From positions 1-25,018 of IMG/VR virus record IMGVR_UViG_3300044878_000156: 25,018 nt of DNA, one strand, 5' to 3'. A model generated the notes under the pieces. It was given only the letters and a program-made list of their open reading frames with translations. It was not told the origin of the DNA and ran no database searches. The DNA comes from a virus. Taxonomy: Duplodnaviria > Caudoviricetes. Shown here piece by piece: positions 24,571 to 25,018 of the stretch; position 1 is the stretch's first letter, and each line of letters starts with the position of its first letter. The translations under genes were made by a program, and so were the position numbers.

Positions 24571-24990
24571 GTGCGCATCTACGCCACCACCGACGAACTG
24601 ACCGACTGGTTGGACCCGGAACCGGCGCCGGAGAACGCTGCGGGCCTTCTGCGGAGCGCGTCCGGGCTGATCCGGTCCGAGACGAAGACGGCCGTGTACG
24701 CCACGGACTCCGACGGCTACCCGGCCGGCACAGAGATCCGGAAGGCGTTCCGGGACGCGGCCTGCGCGCAGGCGAAGTTCTGGGCCGACCACAACATCAA
24801 CCCGTCCCTCGGCGCGGCCGGTGTCGCCCCGCTCGCGGCCTCAAAGTCCATCGGCGGGGCATCCATCCAATACTCCACCTACGTGTCCACTGCGGAGGCG
24901 CGGGCGAACGCCGCCGGCACCCTCGGCCCGGACGCCTGGTACATCCTCTCCGACGCCGGGCTCCTCGGCGGCCAGGTGGTGCTGCTGTGA
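24571..24990 (+). CDS. Head-to-tail adaptor
   Basis: YATTDEL...LLRSASGLI...AACAQ...SIGGASIQY...LSDAGLL; position after capsid genes. Confidence 0.8.
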   Translation: MRIYATTDELTDWLDPEPAPENAAGLLRSASGLIRSETKTAVYATDSDGYPAGTEIRKAFRDAACAQAKFWADHNINPSLGAAGVAPLAASKSIGGASIQYSTYVSTAEARANAAGTLGPDAWYILSDAGLLGGQVVLL

Positions 24991-25018
24991 TCGAGGACTT
25001 CGAGGAGTTCATGGTCCA
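24987..25018 (+). CDS. 5' fragment of the next head-tail gene (truncated by window)
   Basis: GTGA coupling with AGGTGG RBS; MIEDFEEFMV... Confidence 0.5.
   Translation, partial: MIEDFEEFMV

Larger units (their letters stand above)
74..25018. mobile_element. Temperate prophage (siphovirus-like gene order), continues past the window end
   Basis: att-int-repressor-cro-recombination-replication-terminase-portal-capsid synteny. Confidence 0.96.

Noticed and set aside
11838-24792. Long antisense ORFs (e.g. 11838-13268, 18601-20031, 20328-21764, 22746-24005, 23947-24792)
   Set aside because: These are shadow frames of GC3-biased real genes on the + strand, with no motifs or RBS.

Overview
Left ~25 kb of a GC-rich actinobacterial temperate siphovirus-type prophage. 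The host is probably Arthrobacter/Micrococcaceae-like (inference). It is integrated at a tRNA-Val(TAC) gene, whose duplicated 3' part and terminator lie at 22-127. From left to right: tyrosine integrase, a degenerate ImmA/IrrE-like gene, an XRE repressor divergent from a Cro-like gene, and a long rightward early region. The early region encodes an excisionase-like HTH, Sak/Rad52 annealase, HNH-like protein, SSB, orphan C5 methyltransferase, replication initiator, DnaB/RepA-type helicase and RusA. Next come a Q-position regulator, a structured late leader with two phage tRNAs, and the packaging/head module (TerS, TerL, portal, minor capsid, scaffold, major capsid, adaptor). The most interesting signal is non-coding. 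A GGAAC-N5-GGAAC direct-repeat site marks several phage promoters. Three of those early promoters carry a convergent antisense promoter and a minus-strand terminator, predicting a family of ~60-75 nt sar-like antisense RNAs over the first gene's RBS. Also notable: a LexA box in the switch, 11 or more proteins ending in Ala-Ala, and a non-canonical tRNA-Tyr. All calls are by eye; no searches were run.
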